From assembly GCF_006345805.1 (NCBI RefSeq), contig NC_043009.1:66774001-66838000 (forward strand): a stretch of 64,000 nt of DNA, written 5' to 3'. The notes under the pieces are model-generated. The model was not told where the DNA came from. It worked only from the letters and a program-made list of their open reading frames with translations, and did no database searches. Each line of letters begins with the position of its first letter. Within the stretch, counting starts at the first letter, position 1. The position numbers and the translations under genes are program-made. Positions 1 through 12,388 of this stretch are shown piece by piece. Origin of the DNA: Octopus sinensis. Lineage: Eukaryota.

Positions 1-15
1 ATATATATATATATA

Positions 16-58
<43 letters not shown>

Positions 59-59
59 G

Positions 60-126
<67 letters not shown>

Positions 127-164
127 CATGTATATATATATCTATTTATATTTTTATTTTATCT

Positions 165-205
165 AGTTTCAGCTCACGAGCTGTGGCCATGCAGGGGCAC
201 CGCCA
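165..205 (-). mobile_element. SINE 3' tail fragment (family A-type tail)
   Basis: Reverse complement TGGCGGTGCCCCTGCATGGCCACAGCTCGTGAGCTGAAACTAG matches the tail at 55421-55470 and the ends of family A SINEs. Confidence 0.7.
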
Positions 206-225
206 TTATATTATAATTGCTAGCA

Positions 226-272
226 AAAACTGTCCGATGAACGGCAACGGGCAACTCAGAGTAACAGGTTTT
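226..272 (+). ncRNA. Degenerate type I hammerhead ribozyme motif (PLE-type)
   Basis: AAAACTGT-CCGATGA-ACGGCAACGG-GCAAC-TCAGA-GTA-ACAGGTTTT. Stem I CTGT/ACAG pairs, but GAAAC is mutated to GCAAC and stem II is broken. Homologous to 50650-50698. Confidence 0.55.
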
Positions 273-299
273 GTTGAATTTTCTGCTGCTTTAAATAAA

Positions 300-375
<76 letters not shown>

Positions 376-1168
376 ACATGTCATATAAAATATGTATTAT
401 ATATATATACTATATATTATATATATATACATATAATGAAAGGTAAGTAAGCTAACCGCATTGCTACAGCATATGGTAGAATCTCTCGAGCTAATACTTG
501 TAAAAAGTATGTGTGTGTGTGTGTGTATTTGTGTGTGTGTGTGCGTGTGTGTGTGTGTGTGTGCGTGTGTGTGTGTGTGTGTGCATTTGTGTATGTGTGT
601 GCGTGTGTGTGTGTTGTGTGTGTGTGTGTGTGATATGTGTGTGTTTCAAAAACTCGGTTAAGTTCTGCTGCATCCACACATACGTACATCTCCCTAAATA
701 TGCAGATATATTTCTCTATTTCCGTTCTGGCGCCGTGGTGATACTTGCTGAAATGACAGTGTTGATAAGAGCAAATGCAAACTTGAGAAAAAAAAAAATA
801 CAGAAGCGAATACTTAAAGACAATGGAATTAAAGTGAAGAGGTGGGTTGTGTAGGTGTGCACCGGGTTTGCCAGCGAAGGAGGCTGAAGAGACATTCAAG
901 AGAAAATTATCAAGAAAAATGAACACACATTTACTTATGATGGAGGCCTTTATTTATCCATCTTCTTCTATGACCATCGCAGGCTCTCACTCTCTCCCTC
1001 TCCCTTCCTTACCCCCATCTCTCTCTCTCTCTCTTTTCCAGTCTTTTCCTTTCTCTCTTACTCTCATATACACCTTCACGCACCATGCATATATATATAT
1101 AAACATATATTTATTTATATGTGTGTATATATGTATGTATATATGTATGTTTGTATATGTATGTATGA

Positions 1169-1216
<48 letters not shown>

Positions 1217-1892
1217 ATATGTGTGTGTGGTGTGTGTATGTATATATGTATATATATTTATATATATATATTGTATATGTATGTATACGTGTATATACAT
1301 ATATATATATTTACATCAATATATAAATATATAAACATTCATATTTGTATGTTAATTATAGATGTTATATATATGCATATGTATATGTATATATATACAT
1401 ATATACACACGAACATATATATGTATCTATATATCTATCTCAATCTCTTTTTCACTTCGCCTGTGTATGCGCGTGCGTGTATGTGTGCATGTGTGCGTGC
1501 GTGTGTGTGTGTGTGCGTGTGTGTTTCTTTTATCTATGTCTTCCCTATCACAGACACACATACACACACATACACACAGGTATACACATAAAATTTCTTT
1601 CGTTATACTTTGCATTCGATTCTATATATTTCTCCTTCTCAATTGTGTCTCTCTCTCTTTCTCTATCTCTCTCGCTCTTTTTCTCCCCCACCCCCACCCC
1701 AGTACTTTCTACTTCTTTCTGCCAATCCTTGATCTCAAAACTCACAAGAAATCCTAGACGAGATACGAACTGTGTTGAATAGCCATTCCATTAACTTGAA
1801 GACCACTTCAATCAATGTAGGAGTCATTTAGACACACCACAACTATACACAACACACAACAGTACAAACCGACGCTCAAATCTATATAATAT

Positions 1893-1926
<34 letters not shown>

Positions 1927-2187
1927 ATTAATATATGCGCATATATATATATACGCATATATATACATATATACGCATATTTACGCACATACGTATGTAT
2001 AATGTATATCTATATACAATCTATATATACATATATATAAACACACACATGCATATATATATTCTCACGTGTGTGTGTCTTTGTAGTAATAACATATCCA
2101 TACCCCCCTCACCACACTAACACACTACTTCCTCTCTCATTCTCTCTCTCCCTCTTTCACATACACACACACTCTCTCTCCCTCTCC

Positions 2188-2223
<36 letters not shown>

Positions 2224-2335
2224 TACACACACCTATATTTTGGAGCAGATGTGTGTATAAATGAACTGAAAGTAGAAATCGATTTCTATCAGTGCACCGT
2301 GTTTTTTGCCTCCACTCCCTTCGCATCCATTTTCT

Positions 2336-2398
<63 letters not shown>

Positions 2399-2479
2399 TT
2401 TCTCTCAACACATCCACTCTACCAACACGTTACAATGACACAGGTAACAGCAATATAAATAAACGTTACGACCAACAAC

Positions 2480-2503
2480 CCTCTATGTACATTTATGCAC
2501 ATA

Positions 2504-2562
<59 letters not shown>

Positions 2563-2582
2563 TATATATATATTTATATATT

Positions 2583-2661
<79 letters not shown>

Positions 2662-2677
2662 CATGTATATATATATA

Positions 2678-2744
<67 letters not shown>

Positions 2745-2785
2745 ATATATATATATATTTTATATACTACATGTATATATAATAT

Positions 2786-2840
<55 letters not shown>

Positions 2841-2850
2841 ACTCTACCTG
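2480..2850. repeat. (TA)n microsatellite
   Basis: About 370 bp of near-pure TA repeat. Confidence 0.95.
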
Positions 2851-3585
2851 CTTATATACATACATACATGTGTGTGTACGTGTGTGTGTGTGTTAAATAT
2901 CCTTCAAATCTCTATTTTTAACAAGTTCAAATTACACGGGCGGCGTATTCTGGACAGATGTGTTCGATGAGGGCAGAACTGGCTAACCAACAACAACAAC
3001 AACCATAACCGCACTAACATCATCTAACATACAGACAGGATCCCACCAAGTCCACAACTAAACTACCAACATACAACCAAAGCCACTGGCTTAGTACCAT
3101 CACTCCAATGTCAAAAGCACCAGTACCGCCACCAACAACTCTGTATCTAACAATAGGCTACACGTAGACATACCACTAAGTATTTCATTTCAAAGGTACA
3201 TGGCTTGGAGATCGATCTCACCGCGCGGGACATCGGGACAATGTCTTCTGTCGGAGCGTCGAGTTGACTAAAGCCTGGTAAGAGGAAACTACTAAACGAA
3301 AACTGTGGAAGTTCATCGTTAAGACGCCATTTCTTTTTGGTCGAGACTGGGTTTTAAACTTCATCTGTCGCCTAGTTTCACGTCATCACTTGGTCCTTGG
3401 GAACCTGTTTGAAACCTTCTGACCTGGTATCCTCTTTTCTTCACACAAATCATTAGGATTTATGTTATTAAAAGTAAAACTGATTCCAGGAGAGAGCCCC
3501 AACCTTCTCGCTCGATCTGCTAAAAGTAGCAGACAATTTTCCCACAAATCATACGCTGTGAACATAAACACGTAAAGCTATATTT

Positions 3586-3983
3586 CATTCTACTCTAGGC
3601 ACAAGGCCCGAAATTCTGGGGAGGGGGGGGGCAGTCGATTATATCGACCCCAGTACGTAACTGGTACTCAATTTATCGACCTCAAAGTGATGAAAGGTAA
3701 AGTCGACCTCGGCAGAATTTGAACTCAGAACGTAGCGGCAGACGAAATACCTATTTCTTTACTACCAACAAGGGGCTAAACACAGAGAGGACAAACAAAG
3801 ACAGACAAACGGATTAAGTCGATTATATCGACCCCAGTGCGTAACTGGTACTTATTTAATCGACCCCGAAAGGATGAAAAGCAAAGTCGATCTCGGCGGA
3901 ATTTGAACTCAGAACGTAACGACAGACGAAATACCACTACGCATTTCGCCCGGCGTGCAAACGCTTCTGCCAGCTTGCTGCCT
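3586..3983 (-). mobile_element. Family B tRNA-derived SINE, dimeric (full unit plus 5'-truncated second unit)
   Basis: Two tandem copies of GTTCTGAGTTCAAATTC(C/T)GCCGAG(G/A)TCGACTTT...AGTACCAGTTACG. Head AGGCAGCAAGCTGGCAGAAGCG at 3983, B-box GTTCAAATTC. Confidence 0.9.
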
Positions 3984-4153
3984 CAGGAAAAGCTATAGTA
4001 ATGCAGCACTAAATATACCAAATCTGCTGAAAAGGTGGAATGGCCATGGCTGGAATATCATAACGTGGCTGTCTGACAGGCTGACAGACAGACATAAAGA
4101 CACGCATAAAGACAGACATAAAGACAGACAGACAGACAGACAGATAGACAGAC

Positions 4154-4223
<70 letters not shown>

Positions 4224-4488
4224 TATCGTGAAAAGAAAAGATGTCAATGGCGGGTGAGTGGAATATTTCTATCATAAGTCTGCTTGAGCGGAACTGACCT
4301 AGGGTTAAATAGCAACATCGTAACCAATGGCTGCCAACACCAAAGACATTGGAACGGCTTCAAACACCAATAGCCGTCTTATCACATTAATAGCGACACC
4401 CTATTTCCTATCAATATCAGCAACAACATCATAGCAAGGATCAATACTAACAACAAACGTCTTAACTTGTTATCAATAACAAGATCAT

Positions 4489-4664
4489 AAGACGGCGAGC
4501 TGGCAGAATCGTTAGCACGCCGGACAAAGTACTTAGCGGCATTTCTTCTACCGTTATGTTCTGAGTTCAAATTCCGCCGAGGTCGACTTTGCCTTTCATC
4601 CTTTCGAGGTCGATTAAATAAGTACCAGTTACGAACTGGGGTCGATATAATCGACTTAATCCGT
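4489..4664 (+). mobile_element. Family B SINE, 3'-truncated
   Basis: AAGACGGCGAGCTGGCAGAATCGTTAGCACGCCGG...GTTCAAATTCCGCCGAGGTCGACTTTGCCTTTCATCCTTTCG. The central block resembles the Deu/Nin-type SINE domain (from memory, needs alignment). Confidence 0.9.
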
Positions 4665-5998
4665 GTGATTGTGTAGTATGTTTATTTCCCAACCACACTA
4701 TTCTGGGTTCAGTCCTACTTTGTGATGTATCTTCAACAATAACCCTGAGCTGACTACGGCTTTGTAAGTGGATGTATTAGACGGAAACTGAAAGAAGCCT
4801 GACTTATTTGTGTGTGTGCGTGCATGCGTGTGTGTGTAGTATGTATGTATTTATGTATGTATGTATGCATGCATGCATGTATGTATGTATGCATGCATGT
4901 ATGTATGTAATGTATGTATGCATGCATGTATGTATGTATGTATGTATGTATGCATGCATGTATGTACGCATGTATGTATGTATGTATGCATGCATGTTGT
5001 ACGTATGCATGCATGTATGTATGTATGTATGTATGTATGTATGCATGCATGTAGGTATGCATGTATGTATGTATGTATGTATGTATGCATGTTGTATGTA
5101 TGTATGTATGTATGCATGCATGCATGCATGCAATGTATGTATGTATGTATGTATGTATGTAATGCATGCATCATGCATGCATGTATGTATGTATGTATGT
5201 GCATGTATGTATGTATGTATGTATGCATGCATGCCATGCATGTATGTATGTATGTATGTATGTATGCATGTATGTATGTATGTATGCATGCATGCATGCA
5301 TACATGCATGTATGTATGTATGTATGCATGCATGCATGTATGTATGTATGCATGCATGCATGATCATGCATGTATGTATGCATGCTGCATGTATGTATGT
5401 ATGTATGCATGTATGTATGTATGTATGTATGCATGCATGTATGCATGCATGCAGATCTGTATGTATGTATGGATGTATGTATGTATGATGAATGTATGTA
5501 TGTATGTAGCATGCATGTATTATGTATGTATGTTAATGTATGCATGTATGTATGTATGTATGGATGCATGCATGTATGTATGTATGTATGCATGCATGTA
5601 TGTATGTAGTAATGTATGTATGTATGTAGATGTATGTATGTTTATGCATGCATGTATGTATGTAGTATGCATGCATGCATGCATGTATGTATGTATGCAT
5701 GTATGTATGTATGTAGTATGTATGTAGGTATGTATGTATGGGCATGTATGCTGTAGGATGTATGGATGCATGTATGTATGTATGTATGTATGTATGTATG
5801 ACTTTGTATTTGTGCTTGCCTCCACCACCGCTTGACAACAGGCGTTGAGTTGTTTATGCGCCAGTAAACCAGTGGTTGGGCCAAAGAAACTGTGATAATA
5901 AACATCTCGCTTTAAAACATCGCTCGACCAACATTCTTCATGGTGTTGCCCCAGCACGGCCGCAATTCGGTGAGTAAAAGAAGTAAAAAATAAAAGAC
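4665..5998 (+). mobile_element. Old family A SINE split by a ~960 bp (ATGT/ATGC)n array
   Basis: 5' half (GGGTTCAGTCC...GACGGAAACTGAAAGAAGCCTG, to 4801) and 3' half (CCACCGCTTGACAAC...CCCCAGCACGGCCGCA...AGTAAAA, 5802-5998) flank the array. Confidence 0.8.
4840..5800. repeat. (ATGT)n/(ATGC)n compound tetranucleotide array
   Basis: Direct reading; it generates the MYVC/HTYI pseudo-ORFs. Confidence 0.95.
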
Positions 5999-6019
5999 AA
6001 TACACGAACAGCAACGACA

Positions 6020-6372
6020 AGTGGTTAGGGCAGCGGATTCGCGGTCGGAGGATCGCGGTTTCGATTCCCAGACCGGGCGTTGTGTGTGTTTATTGAACGA
6101 AAACACCTAAAGCTCCACGAGGCTCCGGCAGGGGGTGGTGGCGATCCCCTGTTGTACTCTTTCGCTCCTACTTTCTCTCACTCTTTCTTCCTGTTTCTTG
6201 TCCCCGACTTCCTACGCAACTGCTGAGACTGGATGCGCATTCATCCATCCGTCGATGCTCTCGGTGTCGGGGGTTGACCTGCTTTCTCTTCTGCGGGTCT
6301 TACGAATAGCAAAGGACCACGTTTCGGACTTCTCCCATCTTGCGAGCTCTGAGACGAAGACCGTTCGCTCAA
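6020..6372 (+). mobile_element. Family C tRNA-derived SINE (tail type Y)
   Basis: Head AGTGGTTAGGGCAGCGGATTCGCGGTCGGAGGATCGCGGTTTCGATTCCCAGACCGGG with A/B boxes. First ~175 bp match 35250-35425, then diverge; AAC-rich tail. Confidence 0.85.
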
Positions 6373-7043
6373 CAGCAACAGCAACATCAACGACATATTT
6401 GTTATTACATAAAACAGGGACATTATTGACTTCTATTAATACTAACAACGATGTGGGTATCATAACGTTCATCAATACCAGCAAACAAGCATCATAAAAG
6501 CTATCAACATTCGCATTAACGATGTCATAGCTATGTCCACGACAACGACATCGTAAATGCTGTCAATAATCACAACAGCGACGTCGTAACTTCTATTAAT
6601 ACCAAAAAGAAGAACAGAATCGTAGATGCTAAGAAACATCAAGTTAAAAGAAGAAGAAAAAAGAATAGCAATCAGCCAATACTGCAGCCAAAGCAAAAAA
6701 CAAAAAAAAAATCTCAATCACTACAAAGAGAAGTGCTAACACCGACGCCTATAGTTGGACCACCACCGCCTCCACCACCACCGCCGCCCCCACCATCACC
6801 GCTACCACCACCACTCCAACGGTAGCAACAATAGCAACAACAACCATAACAATAATCAGAAAACCTGCATTATTGTTAGGGTAACCGTTTAGAAAGACAT
6901 TTAGGTTTTTTTTCCATACACCTACTCGCACGTATATATTATATATATATAATATATATATATATTATATGTGTGTGTGTGATGGTGTGTGTGTGATGTA
7001 TGTTGCGTGTATATATATTAGATATCGTGTGTATATACAATAC

Positions 7044-7082
<39 letters not shown>

Positions 7083-7296
7083 TATTATATATATATAGAT
7101 ATATATATATATCTTATAATTATAATATATATATATAATATACGTACATATATAATATGTATGTATATATATATTATATATATATATACACATATATATG
7201 CGCCTAGCAATGTATATACATGCATGAAGCATCTAGATGTACATATGTACACTCACGCAGATATATGTATATTGTGTGTGTGTGCATGTATTTATG

Positions 7297-7350
<54 letters not shown>

Positions 7351-7998
7351 ACAAGAGCAATAACGACAACGATGACGACGGCGACGGCGACGACGATATT
7401 CAAAAAGCCACAGTCCTCCATTTTGTTAGCGGAACCGTTTAGAAAGACATTTACGCACAGACAAAAAGAAGAAGAAAAAAAACAAATATAATAAAACAAA
7501 ATAAAAATGAAGAACAGAAACTACAAATAAAAATATATAAAGATTCCCTCGTGCCGCTTTTATCTATTTCTTTGTTTATTTATTCGTTTATTATGTTATT
7601 TTGTTGTTCTTGTGACTGACTGTTGCAATCAATAAGATATTCTGTAAGTTTCCAGTATCTAACCACCGACGCCCGCCATTACTAACATGGATGCCGTGCT
7701 TTATGCTATGTGCACAGAAATATATGTAACTGCGTGTATATGTAGATGTCGGCGTGCGTGTGTCTTTATGGGCGTGTATGAGTCTGGGTATGTGTGTGTG
7801 TGAAGGCGTGTGTGTGTGTGCGTGTACGTGTGGGTGTATGTTCATGTGCGTTGGGCGAGTGAGTGTTAAATTTGTTTTTGTTCAGTGGTTATTTTGCTTG
7901 GATTGTATGCATGCGTGCAGGTAGAAAAATAGCAGAATAGTTGTGCCATTTTATAGTATTTGTACGTAAGCATATACATACACACACACACACATATT

Positions 7999-8062
<64 letters not shown>

Positions 8063-8332
8063 ACATAATATATACATATATATATATGTTTATGTATGCG
8101 TATGCACACGTATATGTAAATATATATTTGCATATATATATATATATATATATTATATATACATGGATGCCTGTACATACATTTACACACACACACACAC
8201 GGTACATAGAGTGTATCTTCCAATGTAATATGTAATATACACTTTATGTACATAGACATGCCCATACGTAGGAAGGAAAGATAGAATGAGAGATAAAGAA
8301 ATAGGTAGATGCGTAGTTGCAATACGTGCATG

Positions 8333-8396
<64 letters not shown>

Positions 8397-8811
8397 ATGC
8401 ATAAACGGAAACGTACGTATGTTCGGATGAATAGATGGATAGCTTTGTGTGTGTGTGTGTATATACATTTATTCATACATACACACATACCTGCACATTC
8501 ACACATGAAATAAATATGTCAGCCCCATATACACTTATCTCCAGTTTGATGAAGATCTGATTTGATTACGCTACACCACAATGATGAGGAGTCTGGGTCA
8601 ATTCCGCTGACCGCGCATGCTCAAACGAACCTATCTCCACATTAATATACACAGCAGTTTTCATTATTTTTACATGTAAATATATGCGCTTGTTGTGCAG
8701 TTTGTGTCTATAGATACTCAAATCGATAGTTGTAACTACATTTGTTAATAGGAACACGTGTTTTTACACGTGTGTGTGTGGAGGGGGTATCTTCTGCCTT
8801 TTATCTTGGAC

Positions 8812-9005
8812 TCATTTCGTACATCAAACAGCAGCCATGCTGGAGTACCGGTTTTTTTTAAGGTTTTAGTCAGCTCCAGTAATTTTTTTTTTAAATCTGA
8901 TACTTATTCTATCTGTTTCCTTCTCGAACCGCTACTTTAAAGGGACGTAAACAACGCAACACCAGTTGTCGAGAGACAGTGCAAAACAAGCACAAACAGA
9001 CGTGT
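8812..9005 (-). mobile_element. Family A SINE, 3' half
   Basis: Reverse complement of GACAACTGGTGTTGCGTTGTTTACGTCCC...GAATAAGTATC...GGTACTCCAGCATGGCTGC, abutting CA/AGAC/AGAT/GGAT arrays (about 9005-9265). Confidence 0.7.
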
Positions 9006-9061
9006 ATACACACACACACACATACACGTATATATATGTAGATAGATAGACAGTCAGACAT

Positions 9062-9093
<32 letters not shown>

Positions 9094-9123
9094 GCAGGCA
9101 GGCAGACAGACAGACAGACAGAC

Positions 9124-9187
<64 letters not shown>

Positions 9188-9867
9188 GATGGATGGCTGG
9201 CTGGATGGATGGATGGATGGATGGATGGATGGATGGATGGCTACATACATACACACACACATACATGGGTTAATTGTTATGGCCGATCAGTTATCTCCAT
9301 TAGTTTCGTACCAACATAGCGATTAATTGTATAGGCGACTCGTCAGACTCAAATGGCCGTAGTCACATAACCTCTCCACAAGATGTGTGTGTATGAGAGA
9401 GAGAGAGAGTCATAAACATCTCACCTATGGGTATTAACATTCTATCACTTCCTCCACAGCCTTATGATTAATTTCGAAGAAATCTTGTCTCTTGTCTTCG
9501 GTCATGTTGTCATGCCTCATCTTCGTCTTTTGTCATAGGATACATTTTTGCTTCATTTTTTGCATTAATTTCAATTGATTCCCCTAATTCTGGCGTTTCT
9601 GATCATCCCTAATTCTCCTTTCTTGATTCCTAATTCTTATTTCTTCTCTCTGCTCCTCCTCACTCTCTCTCTCTCTCTCCTTATTATCTTCTCAGTTACT
9701 CTCGATCCGGTTCTTGCTGTCACGCTCCTATGGTTCATATCCGACATAACACACCAAACTCCGTTTTAGCAATAACATAATTTGAGACGCACTTAGTATT
9801 ATATATTTGGTAACACCAGTGCCCAGGATATACCGTTGCACGTCTTTTATGAAGCAACGTAGAAAAA

Positions 9868-10414
9868 CAGTTATCAATATATATATTTCGAAAACGGCCT
9901 GAAAATTCCAAAATCCGAAAATTTCTCAATGCTGACACGCTACAAATGGAAAATTCCACAAAATGCTGACAATGTTCCACCAATTACACATGTTATGATA
10001 CATCTTACAATAAATGAGTAGCTAAGCGGAGATAATCCTGTTTCGTTTGTCTGTTTGCTTGTTTTTAGACTAAGCACAAAACATTATTTTTACATGAAAT
10101 CTGAATTTCACTGCCATGTACAAAATAGTAACATGACGACGAGTGTCATTACTTCTACATTACTTTAAAATTATAATGCTAACTTTTTAAAGTTTTCATT
10201 TTATTTGCCTGTAAACATGTTCAGAGCTTTCTTTTTATATCTTACATAAAAACCTAACACCTGTCTGTTAAAAAAAAATAAAATACAAATGGCGTAAGTG
10301 TACTGTAATCTTATAATCAAAATATGACATCAAAGATGGAGGCTGATATCGTACCTTCCTGGCAGTATAATGCATACAAAAATATCAAAATTATATATAA
10401 AACTACATTCAGGG

Positions 10415-10420
<6 letters not shown>
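9868..10420. mobile_element. Possible pogo/Tigger-like non-autonomous DNA transposon remnant
   Basis: TCCAAAATCCGAAAATTTC, AAATGGAAAATTCCACA and AAAATTATATATAAAACTACATTCAGG recall Tigger4/MER46-type terminal regions (from memory). No paired TIRs found. Confidence 0.3.
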
Positions 10421-10451
<31 letters not shown>

Positions 10452-10452
10452 C

Positions 10453-10610
10453 TTTGTGTATTAAGGCTACCGTTGGTTTCATGTTAAGAAAAATATCTTA
10501 ATATTTTAACAATTTTTCAAGTCGTTCACATAGAAGAATGGTTGAAATATCGTTAAGATATTAAGACATTGTTTCTGAACATGAAACCAACGGTAGCCTT
10601 AATACACAAA
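10453..10610. repeat. Fold-back inverted repeat (33-bp perfect outer arms, ~65-bp imperfect arms)
   Basis: TTTGTGTATTAAGGCTACCGTTGGTTTCATGTT (10453-10485) is the exact reverse complement of 10578-10610. Confidence 0.95.
10531..10600 (+). ncRNA. Degenerate hammerhead motif (3' half intact) in the fold-back
   Basis: TAGAAGA-ATGGTT...AACAT-GAAAC-CAACG-GTA-GCCTT followed by AATAAA (10609-10614). Core positions 3 and 4 are mutated and the 5' strand of stem I is not adjacent. Confidence 0.4.
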
Positions 10611-10672
10611 TAAAGAAATTCTATCTACTAATGCCGTGTTGAGAATTCATTCTCTTAGTTCGACATTTACGT

Positions 10673-11180
10673 ATGTATGTGTGGGGGGGGGGGTTCATGT
10701 GTGTGTGGGTGTGTCTGTGTATTTCTGTGCGTGTTTGTGTCTGTCTGTGTCTCTGTGAGTGTCCGTATCTGTGCGTGTGTGTGTGTGTGTGTGTGTGTGC
10801 ATGTCTGTGCGTGTGTGTGTGCGTGTCTGTGTACGTGTGTGTGTGTGTGTCTGTGTCTTTGTGTGTGTATCTGTGCGCGTGTGTGTGTCTGCGTGTGTGT
10901 GTGTGTGTCTGTGTCTGTGTGTCTGTGCATGTGTGTGCGTGTGTGTGCCTCTGTGCGTGTGTATGCCTCTGTGTGTATGTGTGCGTGTGTGTGTGTGTGT
11001 GTGTGTGCGTGTCTGTGCGTGTCTGTGAGCGTGTGTGTGTGTGTCTTTGTGTGTGTCTGTGTCTTTGTGTGTGTGTCTGTGCGCGTGTATGTGTCTGTGT
11101 GTGTGTGTCTGTGTCTGTGTGTGTATCTGTGCGTGTGTGTGCCTCTGTATGTGTGTGTGCGCGTGTGTGTATGTGTCTGT
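10673..11180. repeat. Compound (TG)n/(TGTC)/(TGCG) microsatellite
   Basis: Direct reading. Confidence 0.95.
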
Positions 11181-12388
11181 CACTGTATAACATTTTTGCT
11201 GCCTTCAGTGAAGATATGGATATTTTATTTTGATATTTTGATATCTTTCAGTTTCTTCTATATTCAGTTAGTCTCAATTTGACACTCAAACACACTGACA
11301 CACATACGTTTAATTACACATACACACATATACATACATACTTACTTGTGTAGCCTACAACCATACAAATGTGTGTGTGTGTGTAGGTGTTTGAATGTAT
11401 AATACAAATATGGATATACGTAGATATATGTGTGTGTATATGTATATCTATACACGTATATATGTATGTAATATATGTCTGTATGTATGCGTATATATAT
11501 ATATATATTTACACACACCCACACATACACATGTATATGTATGTAGGTATATATGTGTGTGTGTGTGTGTAAGCATGTAGGTATATGTATGTGTACAACT
11601 TATATTGCAATTGGATAAAAATATACATGTGTGTTTGAGTTAGTATGTGTGTTTTCATATATGCATTTGTATGTATACTACACACACACACAAACTCTCT
11701 CAAATATCGATGTGTGCGTGTATCGTGTTATCGTGCAGTGATCTAAGATGCAATACACACACATACATACATTCGTACATGCATACACTACACACGCACA
11801 CGCACACACAAACACACAAACACACACACGTACACATATAGCCAACAACAATTTCTATTTTAAAAGAACTTGTAACCTTATCGTCTGCCGTTTCGCTGAC
11901 TTTATTTATAAAATGTCGATGAAAGTATAGCATTCGATGGAGAACACTAATAACGAATAGTTTTTAGTGGTCTCTAGTAATTGGCAGCATGGTGAATTGT
12001 TATAACCTGTAAAGAATTTCAAGAAGTGGTGTGTGGAATTGTGGTGAAGAAAGGAGAAGAAAAGGACGGAAAGAAGCGAAAGTGAGGCAAAGATGTTTAG
12101 GGTGACTTCATTATAATGATTACATTTTGTAATCACATGATTAGTGTCGTCTATGGAAGCAAACATATTAACATATTTCTGGGTTTTCTCGGTGTTTTTT
12201 TATTTTTTATTTTACTGGAACTGAAATACAAAATGATTACGTGGACATTTTATCATACAATTGTAAGACTGAAGAAGTAGGTAATATTATGCATCTGTCT
12301 CTTCCGATTTGTTCTGCTGTTGATTAAGCAATCACGAGCATGATAATTCCCGAGTCGGGGTAATCAACAGTTTGACAATTCTAGAATT

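Larger units (their letters stand above)
1..435. repeat. (TA)n microsatellite blocks
   Basis: Long TA dinucleotide runs at about 1-140 and 301-435, interrupted by 1-nt indels. Confidence 0.95.

Noticed and set aside
8394-8422. GAAAC-GTAC-GTA with a palindromic stem III
   Set aside because: No CUGANGA core and no stem II; probably chance in ACGT-rich flank.
9285-9352. Minus-strand CTGACGA...GAAAC
   Set aside because: Stem I and stem III do not pair and there is no valid NUH site.
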